This document shows positions 1 through 12,000 of a stretch of 54,495 nt of DNA, in pieces (position 1 is the first letter of the stretch; every line of letters begins with the position of its first letter). The DNA comes from Verrucomicrobiota bacterium (GTDB lineage: Bacteria > Verrucomicrobiota > Verrucomicrobiia > Opitutales > Seribacteraceae): NCBI GenBank assembly GCA_027622665.1, contig JAQBYT010000027.1, positions 1 through 54,495 of the forward strand, in the 5' to 3' direction. Made by a program: the position numbers and the translations under genes. The notes beneath the pieces are model-generated. The model worked only from the letters and a program-made list of their open reading frames with translations, was not told the DNA's origin and searched no databases.

Positions 1-3000
1 TTTGCGGTCACCGTAAGTAGAGCCTACGACTACGTTGCGATCGTCGGCAACAGGTCCGGTTCCTTGACCCGCATAAGATCCGCCCGCGCCTCTAAGCTCG
101 AGTTCCCATGGAGTGTTGCTGAAACCGCCTCCGGCATTCACGATCGTGGTGCCACCCAAATTTGTGGGTTCGCCACCGGGACGACCTTGGCCGTTCTGGT
201 CGTAGGATTCTCCACCCGAGCCGCCGCCTACTCTGGCGGTGCCGCCGGGACCGCGTCCACCTACGCCCGATTGGGGCGAGGTTTCGGCACCCGTGCCGTC
301 GCCGCCGGAAGCGTTCAGGTCCACGAGAATCTCGATGTCTCCGTTGCTCTCGGTCTGAAGCGAAATCGGGTTGGTTCCCATGAACAATACCTGAAGGTTA
401 CCCGAGAGCTTGATGCTGTCGAACTTGTACTCCGCCTTCTTGTAGGCGAGGGTGTCTCCGAGAGGGGAGGTCCATGATTTCTCCACCACGGTTCCCGAGC
501 CGGAACGACCCGAACTGTGCGCCCAAGTGGCTGCACCCGTTTCGAAGGTGAGCGTACCGTAGCTGAACTCGAGCTTGTTTTCGGTCACGAAGATGTCGGT
601 GAGGTCGGCCCAGTCGGAACCCTTGGAGTTGGTGCCGAATGCGCGGAAGTGGTAGGTGGTGTTCTTGACCAAGTTCTCCAGTTGCGAGATTTGCTCCTTT
701 TGGGTGGAGATTTTTTTACCGTTGGAAAGGGTGGCGATGGACCAGAGACCGTCTTGGGCTGCATCCTGTGGCTTGGCTATGGTGCGGTTCGTGGGGCCTG
801 CGCCTGCGGGGGTCTTGATCGTCAGTTCCTGATTGGAACCGCTGGCGTGTTCACCGTGGGCGGAGGCAAACATGTAGTCGCCCGCCGTAAGGGTGACGGT
901 CTTGTAATGGTTTCCGCAGCAGTTTTGCCTGTCGGCGAGGCGCTCGTCGCCGTTGGCTCCGGATAGGGAGAAGATGCCGTCCTGATCGAGGTCGAGCCAG
1001 AGGGTGCCTCGATCGTCGTTGCCTTGGATGCCGAATTCGTAGTCGCCGGACACTTTTGCGGTGAAAGTACCCTCGAAGAGGGACATGTATAGGTCGTTAC
1101 GGTTGATGCCGTGGCCGTGGTTCACCCAGTCGCCGTCGCCGTTGAAGTCGTAACCGCGGTTGCCGGGACCTGCCTTGAGCACGCTTTCGCCGGATGGGGA
1201 CATGGCGATTAGACCACCGTTGTCGGAGAAGTCGAAGTAGCCGGCGGCGGGATTGTTCACGAAGCCCTTCACCCGCAGCTGGTTGGTATGCTTGATTACG
1301 GAGTAAATATTACCGATCTCGGCCTTGTTCGACCAAGCCGTGGTGCTCTCGGCCCCGTCGGAGAGACCCCAGTATACGGATACGTCGACCCCGGAGGCCT
1401 GTTCGGAGAAGTCGACCGGCAAGCCGTTGTAGGGATGACTGCCGTTCTGGTAGCTGAGACCCCACTTGTGGGCGAGGTAACCCTCGATCTTCTCGACTTG
1501 GTCCATGGCCAATGCCTTGTCATAGAAGAGAATTTCGGCGATCTTCCATTTGCCGGGCTGGGTGAAGTTGGTGCCGCCGTCATGGCGGGCCCCGAGGGTA
1601 ACGCGTCGATCGGTGGCGGGCATGACGGCACCGGTGTCGTCGATTTCATACTCTTGGCGACCATCGCCGCGCTGAAGGCGCTTGAGACCGTCGTACCGCA
1701 CGGTCCAGAAGTGGTAGCCGTCCTTTTGGTTAACGTAGGGGTTGGCTGCGGGGTCGTCGTCGCCCGTGGTGGCGCGAATGGTCATGCACATGCGATTGTC
1801 GTTGCCGCGCTGGCGGAACTGCCAACCTTGGCCACCGTCGCCGCGCTTGGAGATGATGGGAGACCAGCCGACGTTTCCGGTTGCCCGACCTGCCACGAAA
1901 ATGGTCATGTTTTCGAGGGAGTCGAAGGCGTCGCTGTCGTCATTGGTGAGGGCGAGGTAATCGTCGTCGAAGAAAATGCTCGGCAAACCGTTCTGTTGGT
2001 TCGTCACGTAGGCGGGTTCCCTGTTGGTGGTACCGAGGTTGGTCGAGTTGGCGTGGTTGCCTTTGCCCGATTTATCCCCCCAGAAGAGGACGCTGCCGTT
2101 CTCGGCGGGAAGGTCCGCCACGATCTCGCCGATCACGATGCCGCCGAAGTCGCCGTTGCCTCCGCCGTAGATGGCGGTCACGTCGGCCTGAGTGAGTGCG
2201 TCGCCGTAGATTCTGACGTCGTCCAGATACTCGGCGAATCGCTGGCCACCACCGTCATAGTTGCCCACGGTGTATATGGTTTCACCGGTGGCTCTGTCGG
2301 AGTCGCCCTTGTATACACCGTCGTAGTAAATGAGGGACTTGTTGGTGGAACCGTTGGAGACGAGCACCATGTTGTGCCAAGCTGCGGTGGTGTCCGCGGA
2401 GGCGAGATCGAATTCACCCGAGTCGCGGAAATCGCCGTTGCCGTTGGCATATACCCCTACGTCGTTGTTGCTATTCCTTACAATGAGGTGGTGGTGGTTG
2501 TTCTTGCCTCGGCTGAAGGTTCTCCATGCGCCGGTGCCGTAGAGATTCTTAAACCAGAAGGAGATGGAGAAGGTGGCGGTATGCTGGTCCCCGAGAGAAA
2601 CCCCATCGGGCTCGATTCGCATGCGAGCATTGTTTTTGTCAGTCGGTATCTGGAGAGACGAGTCCCCGAACTTCTTGGTGTCCTTATTGAATTGGGCTCC
2701 GTCGAGAAACTTTCCGTTGTAACCGCCACCCGAAGTATCGACCGCTGCGGCTCCCGTGGACTCGTCGAAGTTCCAGTAGCCGATGAGGTCGTTGTAGCGG
2801 GTGACCGATGGTCCGACGTAGGCGTCGGTCTCCGGGTTCTTGGAGATGGTGGAACTGTCGTTGGCGTCCAGCCAAAGCATAAGACCGGCGAAGGCGCCCT
2901 TGGTGAACTGGGAGGGGGCTCCGTTACCGACCGTGCCGTCTCCGATAAACACCACGTCGCTCTGCAATTCGGCGGAGAACACGGTACCGTCGGTAGCCAT

Positions 3001-6000
3001 GTTGCCGACAGGCTTGTTGCCGACCACGGGTATGACGGTGGTGGTGGTGGTGAAAGTCTTGGATACGTCCGACCATACGCCGCCGGTCGCGGCGGCGTTG
3101 AAGGCCATGAAGCGATAGTAGTAGGCCTTGCCCGGTACGAGATTGGCCAAGATCACGGAGAACTCGCCTTCCTGGTTGCCCGTCTGCTGGACGCTGGTCC
3201 AGGATGCGGCGGTGGTGCCGCCGTCGGTTTGCCCGTAGTATACGTCGATAAGCACGGAGGCGCCGCCGTCGTCGGTAATTTTTCCGTTGGCGATGGCGTT
3301 GGTGGCGGTCACGTTGGCGGGATCCTTTGTCTCGACCACGGGGTTGGTCGCCTCGACCGTGAGCTCAAGAATAATTTCGGCTGCATCGCCCGAAATCGCT
3401 GAACCGAGAGTGGTGCCGTCGGCATAGGAGAACATGAGGGAAATCTCGGCCACGCCGGAACGCTCGGGAGTACCCGTGATATTACCCGTGGAAGGATCCA
3501 TGGAAAGCCCGGCGGGCAAGTTGAATGCGGCAAACCCGTTGGGACCACCCGTGGCCTTCATGTCGTAGGCGTAGCTCTGCTTGGCAGTCGCGGTATCCTT
3601 CAGGTTGCTGGCGATGATCGGGGGTCCGGTCACGGCGGCATAGCCAACGAAGGTGGAGTTCAGCTTCTGGTTGTCGTAGGTTGCCTTCACCCAGTCGGCG
3701 GAGCGGGCCGCAGTGGATACGCGGGCTTCGTCGAAGGATGCCTGCATGGAGGAACTTATGCCGAAGGCGGCGTCTCCCGTATCCAATCCGGCGGAAGCGG
3801 CGGGGAAAGTTGCGGTGCCGTCGAGGGTGCCGTCTATGTAGAGCTTGGCTTGGCCGAGCCCCTTGTTCACGGTTGCCACGGCATGCGACCAAGTGTTTGC
3901 GTTCAATGCCCCGGAAGCCGTTTTGTTCACGGCGATTCCGCCGTCCAGAGCGTGCTTGAAGACGAGCTTGTTGGATCCGTCTATGCCGAAGCCGACGTCT
4001 CCCTTGCTAACTAAGGAAAGAGCGGATACGACCGAACCCCAGGGGCTGCCGGGATCGATATTCCAGAATCCGTCCTGAGCGCCGTCCGCGGGATTGATTA
4101 CGGCCCAATCCATGGAAGGAGTCTTGATCCATGGCTTGATGCGGGAACCGCCGCCACCTTCGGCGTGTATGAAGGCCACGAGGTGCTTGTCCCCGGCCAT
4201 CAGGTTCAAGTTGTTCTTCGTCCAGCTGCCGTTGCCGCCGATCTTCTCGTCGCTGTCGAACTGGTTGTTCTTGTTGAGGTCCATCCAGCCTACGGATTTG
4301 TCATCCGTGTCCGTCATCCTCAGCTCATAGGAACCGTCTTCGGGTACCACGAAGGTGGAGAGGAAGAGCGACATGTAGGTGTCCACTTGGACTATGCCGA
4401 TGCCCGCATCAATGAACTGTTGATCGCCGTCCAGCCAGATGTCCTCGCTGGTCCAGATTTTCTGGCCGTCGTAGTCGGTCCTCTTGGAAAGCAACTGATT
4501 GACGTCGTTAAAGTAAGTGTCGCCGGCGGGCCAAGTGTCCCAACCGCGAGCGAGAAAGGCGTTCTTCAGCATGCCCGCCTCACCCTTGCGCTTCACCCAG
4601 CCTGATAGGGTGTAGTTGTCCATCTGTACGCTGTTTAGGTTGCCCGGAGGAGCCGTCATGGCGCCTGCGGAACCCGAACCCTGGTCGCGGAATGGGCCGA
4701 CCATGGGCGTGGAAACGTTTCCGTCCACGAAGCCCGCTGCGTCCGCGTGGTTGTAGAAGAAGGCGGAGTCCAGCTGTTTGCCTGCGACCGTCTTGTTCAT
4801 GTGCCACACGGCGGCGAAATCATTCGTCCAGGTGGTGCCGTCGTAGGTGTAGGTCTCCATGTCGGTCTCGGCGGGGTTCGCCCATGCGATGGTGAGTTTG
4901 GTGGAGCTGGTGACCTTGGGCGCGTTCACCCAGACCTCAGCCGTGCCCACGGGGTTGTTCCAGTTCTCGATTTCGTACTTGAGCTCTTGTCCGTCGTCGT
5001 CGTATACGCGAAGATCGAAGCCGGTGGAGTCGCCGTCGCCGTTTTGGGCGAGGAAGCTGTAGAAGGAAAAGCCGTCGAGCTTCGAATTGTCGAGGCGTAA
5101 AAGTACGGGGAAGTCAGCCAGTTCCTCGGATCCGGCATAACCGGAGAGGGTGGCTTCCATCTTGTAGACGAAGAGGTCGAGATCCACGATCTTTACGGGC
5201 AATTTCTTGGTCACGGTCACGCCCTTGCCGGTTACGGAGAAAGTAACCTCGGAGGCCCCGCCGCCGACGGGAGTGCCGGAGATTTCGCCCGTGGAAACGT
5301 TCAAGCTCAGTCCCGCGGGAAGACCCACGCCGCTTAGACTGTCGACCGTACCGAAGGTGGGTATAGTGAAGCTCATCGCCTTGCCCTTCTTGCCGTATAC
5401 GGCGGCGACGTCGCCGAAGAACGGAGGTCCTGCCACGTCGCCGAAGCCGAACAAGTCGGCGTCGTACTTCTGGTTTTCGTAGGCGTACTTTATCCATTCC
5501 GCCGAGCGGCGCACGGGGGCGATGCGAAGCTCGTCGATCTTGCCGTCCCACGCATTGTCGTTCATATCGACTTGATTACCGATGCCGATGCCCTTCGAGG
5601 TGTCTCCGGGGGCGGACATGTCGTTGTTGAATTTTTCCACGCCGTCGTTGTAGCCGTACACCTTGCCCGCCACACCGTCGAAGACCATGGTGATGAACTC
5701 CCACTCGGAAGCCTTCCAGTCGTTTACGAGATCCTGGCTATAAGTCGGATTGTCTTGGGCGCCGCGACCGTGAACTTGTTTCTGGTTGTTGTCGCGGACC
5801 ATGAATTCGAAACCGAGCTTCTCGTTCGGGTGGCTCTTGGCGGAAAGTATGCGTTGGTGGTTGATGTCGTTGTTGTTGCCCGAGGATACCGCGCTGCCCT
5901 CGTACTTGAGCCACATGGAGGCAGTGAAGACGGAACCGAGGTTCAGGTTTGCGGAAGCCGGAATTACGGCTCCGCTGCCGTTGCCGGTCTGGAAGTCTTG

Positions 6001-9000
6001 AGCACCGCCCAGGATACCGCTGGCGCTGTAGTCGACCTTGGTCTTGGAGTTGGCATGGTTTCGGTTGGGAGAAGCGTCCAAAATCTGCGTACCCTCGTTG
6101 TCGTCCATGTTCCAGCGTCCCGCGAAGTCGGACCAAGTGGAACCGTTGTTTACGTAGGCGGGGAAGGACCCTGCCTCGGCGGCGTTGCCCCAAAGCATGT
6201 TTATAGTGGCTCCCTGAGCGGCCACGATGGGATCGTTGGCGGGACCGAAGTCGCCGTTGCCGTTGCCGTAGATTGCGGTGATGTCGTCGGAGGTGAGAGC
6301 GGCTTTGTAGAGGCGGACGTCGTCGATCACGCCCTCGAAACGGAAGTCGTTTCCGTTGCCCGTCCAATATCCGATGGACATCTTGTCGTCGTGCAGGTTC
6401 AGGTCGGCCCTGTTCGCATTACCCGAAACGATTTTGACGCCGTTGACGTAGATGCTCCTGTTCTTGCCCGACCATATGGCCGCGACGTGATTCCAAGATC
6501 CGGCGGTCACGGGACGTGTGGTACCTTTCACTCTGTCGGGGTTTCCGTCACCGCCCTTGAAGACGTAGGACTGGCTTCCGTTTCCATTGGCATCCCAGTC
6601 CCACCAGAGGAGAACGGTGTTGGCGTTGTTTACGTTGTTGGAGAAAATGGCGCCGTCTCCCGAATTGTTGGTGCCAAGGGAGTCGAGCTTGGCCCAAGCC
6701 GAAATGGTCACACCGGAAACCTTGCTGTTGGTACTCTTGAAACTGGCATCGGTCTCCATGCGGCCCGCGGAATTGAAGTGGATGCCCTTGCCGAACTTGG
6801 CGTCGACCCAGTTGGGACTGCCGCCGCCCGTCCAAGTTGCGTTGTTGTCCTTGCCGCTGAGATCGCCCGCCTTGGTGCCGGAACCTTCGTTCAGGCTCCA
6901 GTAAGCGCCGAGATCCTCCGGACGAGTGATGCTCACGCCGCTGTAGGTTTTCAGCGTACCTACCTTTGGCACCTTCACCCAGATGCGGGAAGTGCCCCCG
7001 GGGTTCCATTCGTCCACTTGGTAGGGTAGGAGAGTACCGCCCGCAGCATCGGTAAAGCGAAGGTCGCGAGCGTTCGGAGAGGCGACCTGCGAGTACTTGA
7101 AGCCGGGAGCGGAAGCCTCGCTCAACTTGTAGTTGGCGGGGAATTCGTAGAGATTGTCGTCTCCCGTGTAGGCCAAGGTGACGGGCATCGAGTATAGCCA
7201 CTGGTCGAGGTCCACCACGTTCAACGTGATTTCCTTTACGGCCGCCGCATAGGCGGTGAAGGCAGACACTTTAAAGGTGAAGCTGCCCACGGCGGTGGGA
7301 GTGCCCGTAAGAACACCGGTTCCCTTATTTACGCTGAGCCATGCGGGCTCGCCATAGGCATCGAAGTTCAAGGGACCGTTGGAAGCCTTTATCTGATAGC
7401 GGAAGGGCTTGTTCAAGCCGGCGGCAACGATGGTTGCGGAAGTGACGTAGGGGGTGACGTCGATTATGCCGAAACGGAAGACGTCGGCGGTTTTCTCATC
7501 CGCATTGCGAGGCAGAGACCAATTATTGCCGCCCTCGGGATCGTAACCGAATCCGGTGGGCTTTTGGGCGCGTCCGGCGCCGCCTCCTCCGTTGGACATG
7601 CGAACTTCGAAGTCGAACCAGCCGCCTTGGCCATAGTCCTTCGTGGCGGTCGTTTCGCGATTCCAGCCCGAGTCGTTCAGAAGAATCTCGTCGTTCACCT
7701 TTAGCCAAGTCTTGTCGTCGATGTCCTCCTGGAATGAAATTTTGCCGTCGTCGTCGTAGATCTGGCCGGTGTAGACCACGGTCCAGTTGTCCTTCCAAGG
7801 CGGCTTCGTCCTGGATTCGGATACCGTCGGTCCCAGGGGATCGATCCCGTTTACGGCTCCCGAATAGGAAGTGTCGGTATCCAGATTTCCGGGGTTTTCG
7901 GCAAAGCTCATGTTTCCCGTGAGACCACCGGCTATAAGGCCGGGTGAGGAAAGCGGTTCCGCCTTGGCGGTGAAAATTATGCTTTCGGGCGTCCAAGTGG
8001 TACCCGCTGAATTAGTAAACGCCGTACGCACGAAATATACGTTGGGACCGCCGATATCGCCCGGGTTGAGCACGCCGCTGGGTACGCCGGGAAGAACTTG
8101 GCCGAGGTCTATGTTGTTCTGCCACGAACCGGGAGTGGTGCCACCGTCGGTGGTGCCCCAGTAGAACTTACCCGTGGTAGTAGCGCCACCCGTAGCTTCC
8201 ATGCTTGTATTGAATACGGCTGCATCGGAAGTGATGTTGGAAACGATGTTGATGTTTCCGAGCACGGGCTTGACCGCATTCGCGAGCGTGGTGAAAGTCT
8301 TGACCGTGGAACGAACTGTGCCACCGGAATTGACGAACTTGAAGCCGAAGTGATATGTGGTGCTTTTATTCGGAACGTTTGCAGTCAGAATAAAGGGGCC
8401 GACATCCTTGACACCAAGCACACGCTGATTCTGCCATAAATCGAGTCCCGGCACGATGGTGAAACCGTTGGCCGTGCCCCAATAGGCGGTGACAATCGGA
8501 GCTTCTCCACCGGTGTATTGTATGCTCCCGGAAATTTTAGCGCTGTTGGCGTATACGGAAGAAGCGTCGTCGACGCTGATCACCGGAGCGGAGGTCGGCA
8601 GGGTGAGGGTCATGATGGCGATGTTGGTGGCATCGCTCCCATTCACTATCAGGTAAATATTGTACGCGCCACCGACGGTGGGCGTGCCGGATATGACACC
8701 CGTAGTGGTGTTCACGCTAAGCCCCGGGGGCATGCCATAGGCATCCAGCAGGGCGTTCGGTTCATCGGAGGTGATGGTGTAGGAGAAGGCTTGGTTGAGG
8801 TTTGCCGAGACCGCCAGGGAACTGGTGATCTGGGGATCGTCGCCCGAAGGTTGACCATCCCCGCCGTTGTGAATCTCAGACACGTCCGCAGGGGTTAGCT
8901 CCACGTTGTACACGCGGAGATCGTCCACCTTGCCGTACCACCAGTTGCCGTTCCCGTTCCCGTTCGATCCGAGATACCAAGTGTCGGCCGCGCCCCAGTT

Positions 9001-12000
9001 GCGGCCACGGTCAGTCATGGAGGACCACTCGATCCCGTCCATGTATATGCGCATGGCGCGAGGGTTCTTGTTGTTGGTCATCACCCAGTGCGTCCAGCGT
9101 CCTTCGTAGTCTGCGGGAACGCTGTCTTTTTCAACGCGATCGATACCGCCGTCGCCGACGTCCAAGTAGATTCTACCGTTGCCCCACGGGAGGTGCATGT
9201 TGATCACTCGGTTATTTCCGCGCTTGGACTCGATGATGCTGGTGCTGTTGGGAAGCTTGTCCGGGTTTCCGTAGGCCCAGAAGGCGATGGAGAACTGATT
9301 GTCGCTGCTGGGCGGGTGAGCAGCAATCGGCAATTGAATGGATGCTTGGTCGAATTCGAGAGCTTTGCCCACTTTACCCGTGGTCCATGTGGCTGAGCCG
9401 ATATCGCCGATGTTGTTGTTCTTTCCGGACTTGTCTGCCGTCGTGGCGCCCGTGCCTTCGTCGAAGGACCACAAGGCGAGAAGATCCGACTTGCGGGTAA
9501 TCACGATCGTGGGCGTAAACGGAACCGCCAGAGGAGACCATGCGGCGCCGCCGGCGTTGACGGCATAGACGCGGAAATAATAAATGCTGCCGACAGTAAG
9601 GTTGGTCACGTCGGCGGTGAAATCGCCCGTTGCCAAGGTGCCGAAGTCGATCTCGTTGTCCCACTTGGTGTTGTCGAACTTGTCCACGGCGGGGTTCTGG
9701 CCGGCGTCCTCGTTACCCCAGAGGATCTTAACTGTGGGGTATTCGCCCCCGGTTTTGGCTATGTTGCCCTTGAGGGTATGGACGGCGCCGACGGTTGTGG
9801 AATTGCTTTCTCCCAGCTGCGGGGGAGAGAGGCTGGAAAGGGTGTTGAACGACTTTGTGGCGGTCCAAGCCACGGAACCGATTCCGCCTTGGTTGCGGGC
9901 GCCTAGGCGGTAGTAGTATTTCTTGCCGATGAACAGGCCGAGAGCGCGAGCGCGGAAGGTGTTGGTGTTTTCATAGGCGCCGATCTTGATTGCTTTTTCC
10001 CATGCGAGGGGATCGTCCCCGGCGTCGACAAGGCCGTAATAGGCCCAAACATCGACCGTGGTATCGCCTCCGGTGCCGGTGACGGTTCCCGTGAGGTCGG
10101 CCCCGTAGAGGCCTATTTCGGATGCGTCGTCCGCGGTAACGGAGGGAGCGGAGGAAGCCGCCGTCACCCTGATCTTGGTTTTCCAAGTGCCGGTCAAGCC
10201 GTTGGCGGTGGATACGATGAGAGTTACGTTGAAGGAACCTGCGGCGGTGGGGGTTCCGGAGAGTTGCCCCGTGGAGCTGTTGACGGACATCCATGCAGGT
10301 GCTTGGTATATACCAAACCAGTTGGGAGAGAAGCTACCCGAAATCTTGTAGTGGTTTACCTTCAGTCCGACGTTGCCAGCCAATTTGGTCGTAGTGACCT
10401 TCGGCGCGACGGCGTTGGCATAGGGATCGTCTCCCATGTAGGGGTGGGAGGATGGCAGGTTGATACCCCACTTCTGGGCCAAATACCCTTCCACCTTCTT
10501 GCGGTTCTCTTCCAGCAAGATTCCTTTGTACATGATGAACTCGGCCACTTCGCAATTCGAACTCTCGCCGCCGCCTCCGTAGGCGCCGAACATGATTGTT
10601 GTGGGAGCAGGGTTGTTGTCGTGGCTGTTCACACCATCCTTGCGCAGGACGCCGTCCATCCAAATCCAAGCCTTGGGAGTCACGTTTTCGTTGTTTGCCT
10701 TGCTCGGTTCGTTGGAAGCGACGAAAACGTGAAAAGCAGTGTCGCTGCCAATCCCGCCGTGATCAATCCACATGTTGAAATGATGTCGGGATATCTGGTT
10801 GCCATGGTGCCCGAACAACCAGTTGTTGCTGGATGCAATTACTCGTTCGTTGTCACCGCCCGTGTAACGGGATACCCCGAAAGCGGTATAGCCGACCGGA
10901 AGGAGATCGCCTTCGAAGTTCTTGGTCGTGTAGGTGCGGTCGTTCGTGTACTGGACCACTTGGTGTCCGTTGGGTCCTTTCACTAGCTTGGGATCTCCCA
11001 CTACGTTCGACATATGGTTGCCGGCTCCGGATGCATCGGACCAAGTGGTGATCGTCTGGGGTGCGTCGGGATCGACCACTACGTCGGTGATCTCATTGCC
11101 GTCGAGCCAAAGAGCGAGCCCGCCGTGAGAATCGTTGCGAAAACCGGGAAGCTTGAAGGGCAAAGTCGCAGTGGTGGAAATGTTGGCGTAATTGCCGTCG
11201 GCGCTCTCCACGCTGTGTAGCGGGATATTAACCGAAACGTCGCTCGGGTAGGTGGTTGGCGTGAGCGTGAAGGTGTAGGTGGAGCCCGAACCGGTGAAGT
11301 CCGTAACGGCGCCGCCGGTCACGTTCAGGTCTGCCGCGGTGAACCCGGTTACCGAAGTAGCGGTGGTTTCCACCTTGAAGTTCACGGTGACGGTCTGTAT
11401 GCGCTTGCCCGCGTCGTCCGCCGTGATGATCGGATTTAGTTGCGGCCAAAAGTCGCCCGCATATATGTCTTCGACTTCGCTTGCGGCAAGTTCTGCGTCG
11501 TAAATGCGGAGGTCGTCGATCTTGCCGTACCACCGGCTCCCGTTGCCGCCGCTGTTGGAACCGAGAAACCACCTCACGGGCGGGCCTAAGGACTTTGTCT
11601 TGCCCGTGCCAATCCCGATCTGGATCTCGTTCTGATAAATCCTCATGGTGCCCGCTCCTCGATTGTGCGTGACTACGTAGTGGGTCCATTGCCCCCACAA
11701 GGGACCGGGGTTGTCATCGGCATTCGGAGGTTTGATATCTATGCGGTCGTACGATCCATGGCCTGAATCAAAGTACACTTTATTGTTGTTCCAAGGCCAA
11801 TGCAGGTTGATAACCCGACCGCTGGGACCCGCCGATTCCATAATGGAGGTAGCCTTTCCGGGAAGCTTTGCTGTGTCCCCGTTCATCCAGAAGGAGATGG
11901 AGTATGCCGTACCTGAGGCGGGTGGGTGAGCGGAGAGGGGGAGAGCCGTGCTCTTGTCGTCGTAGCTGAACGCATTGCCGAACTTACCCGTTGTCCAGGT

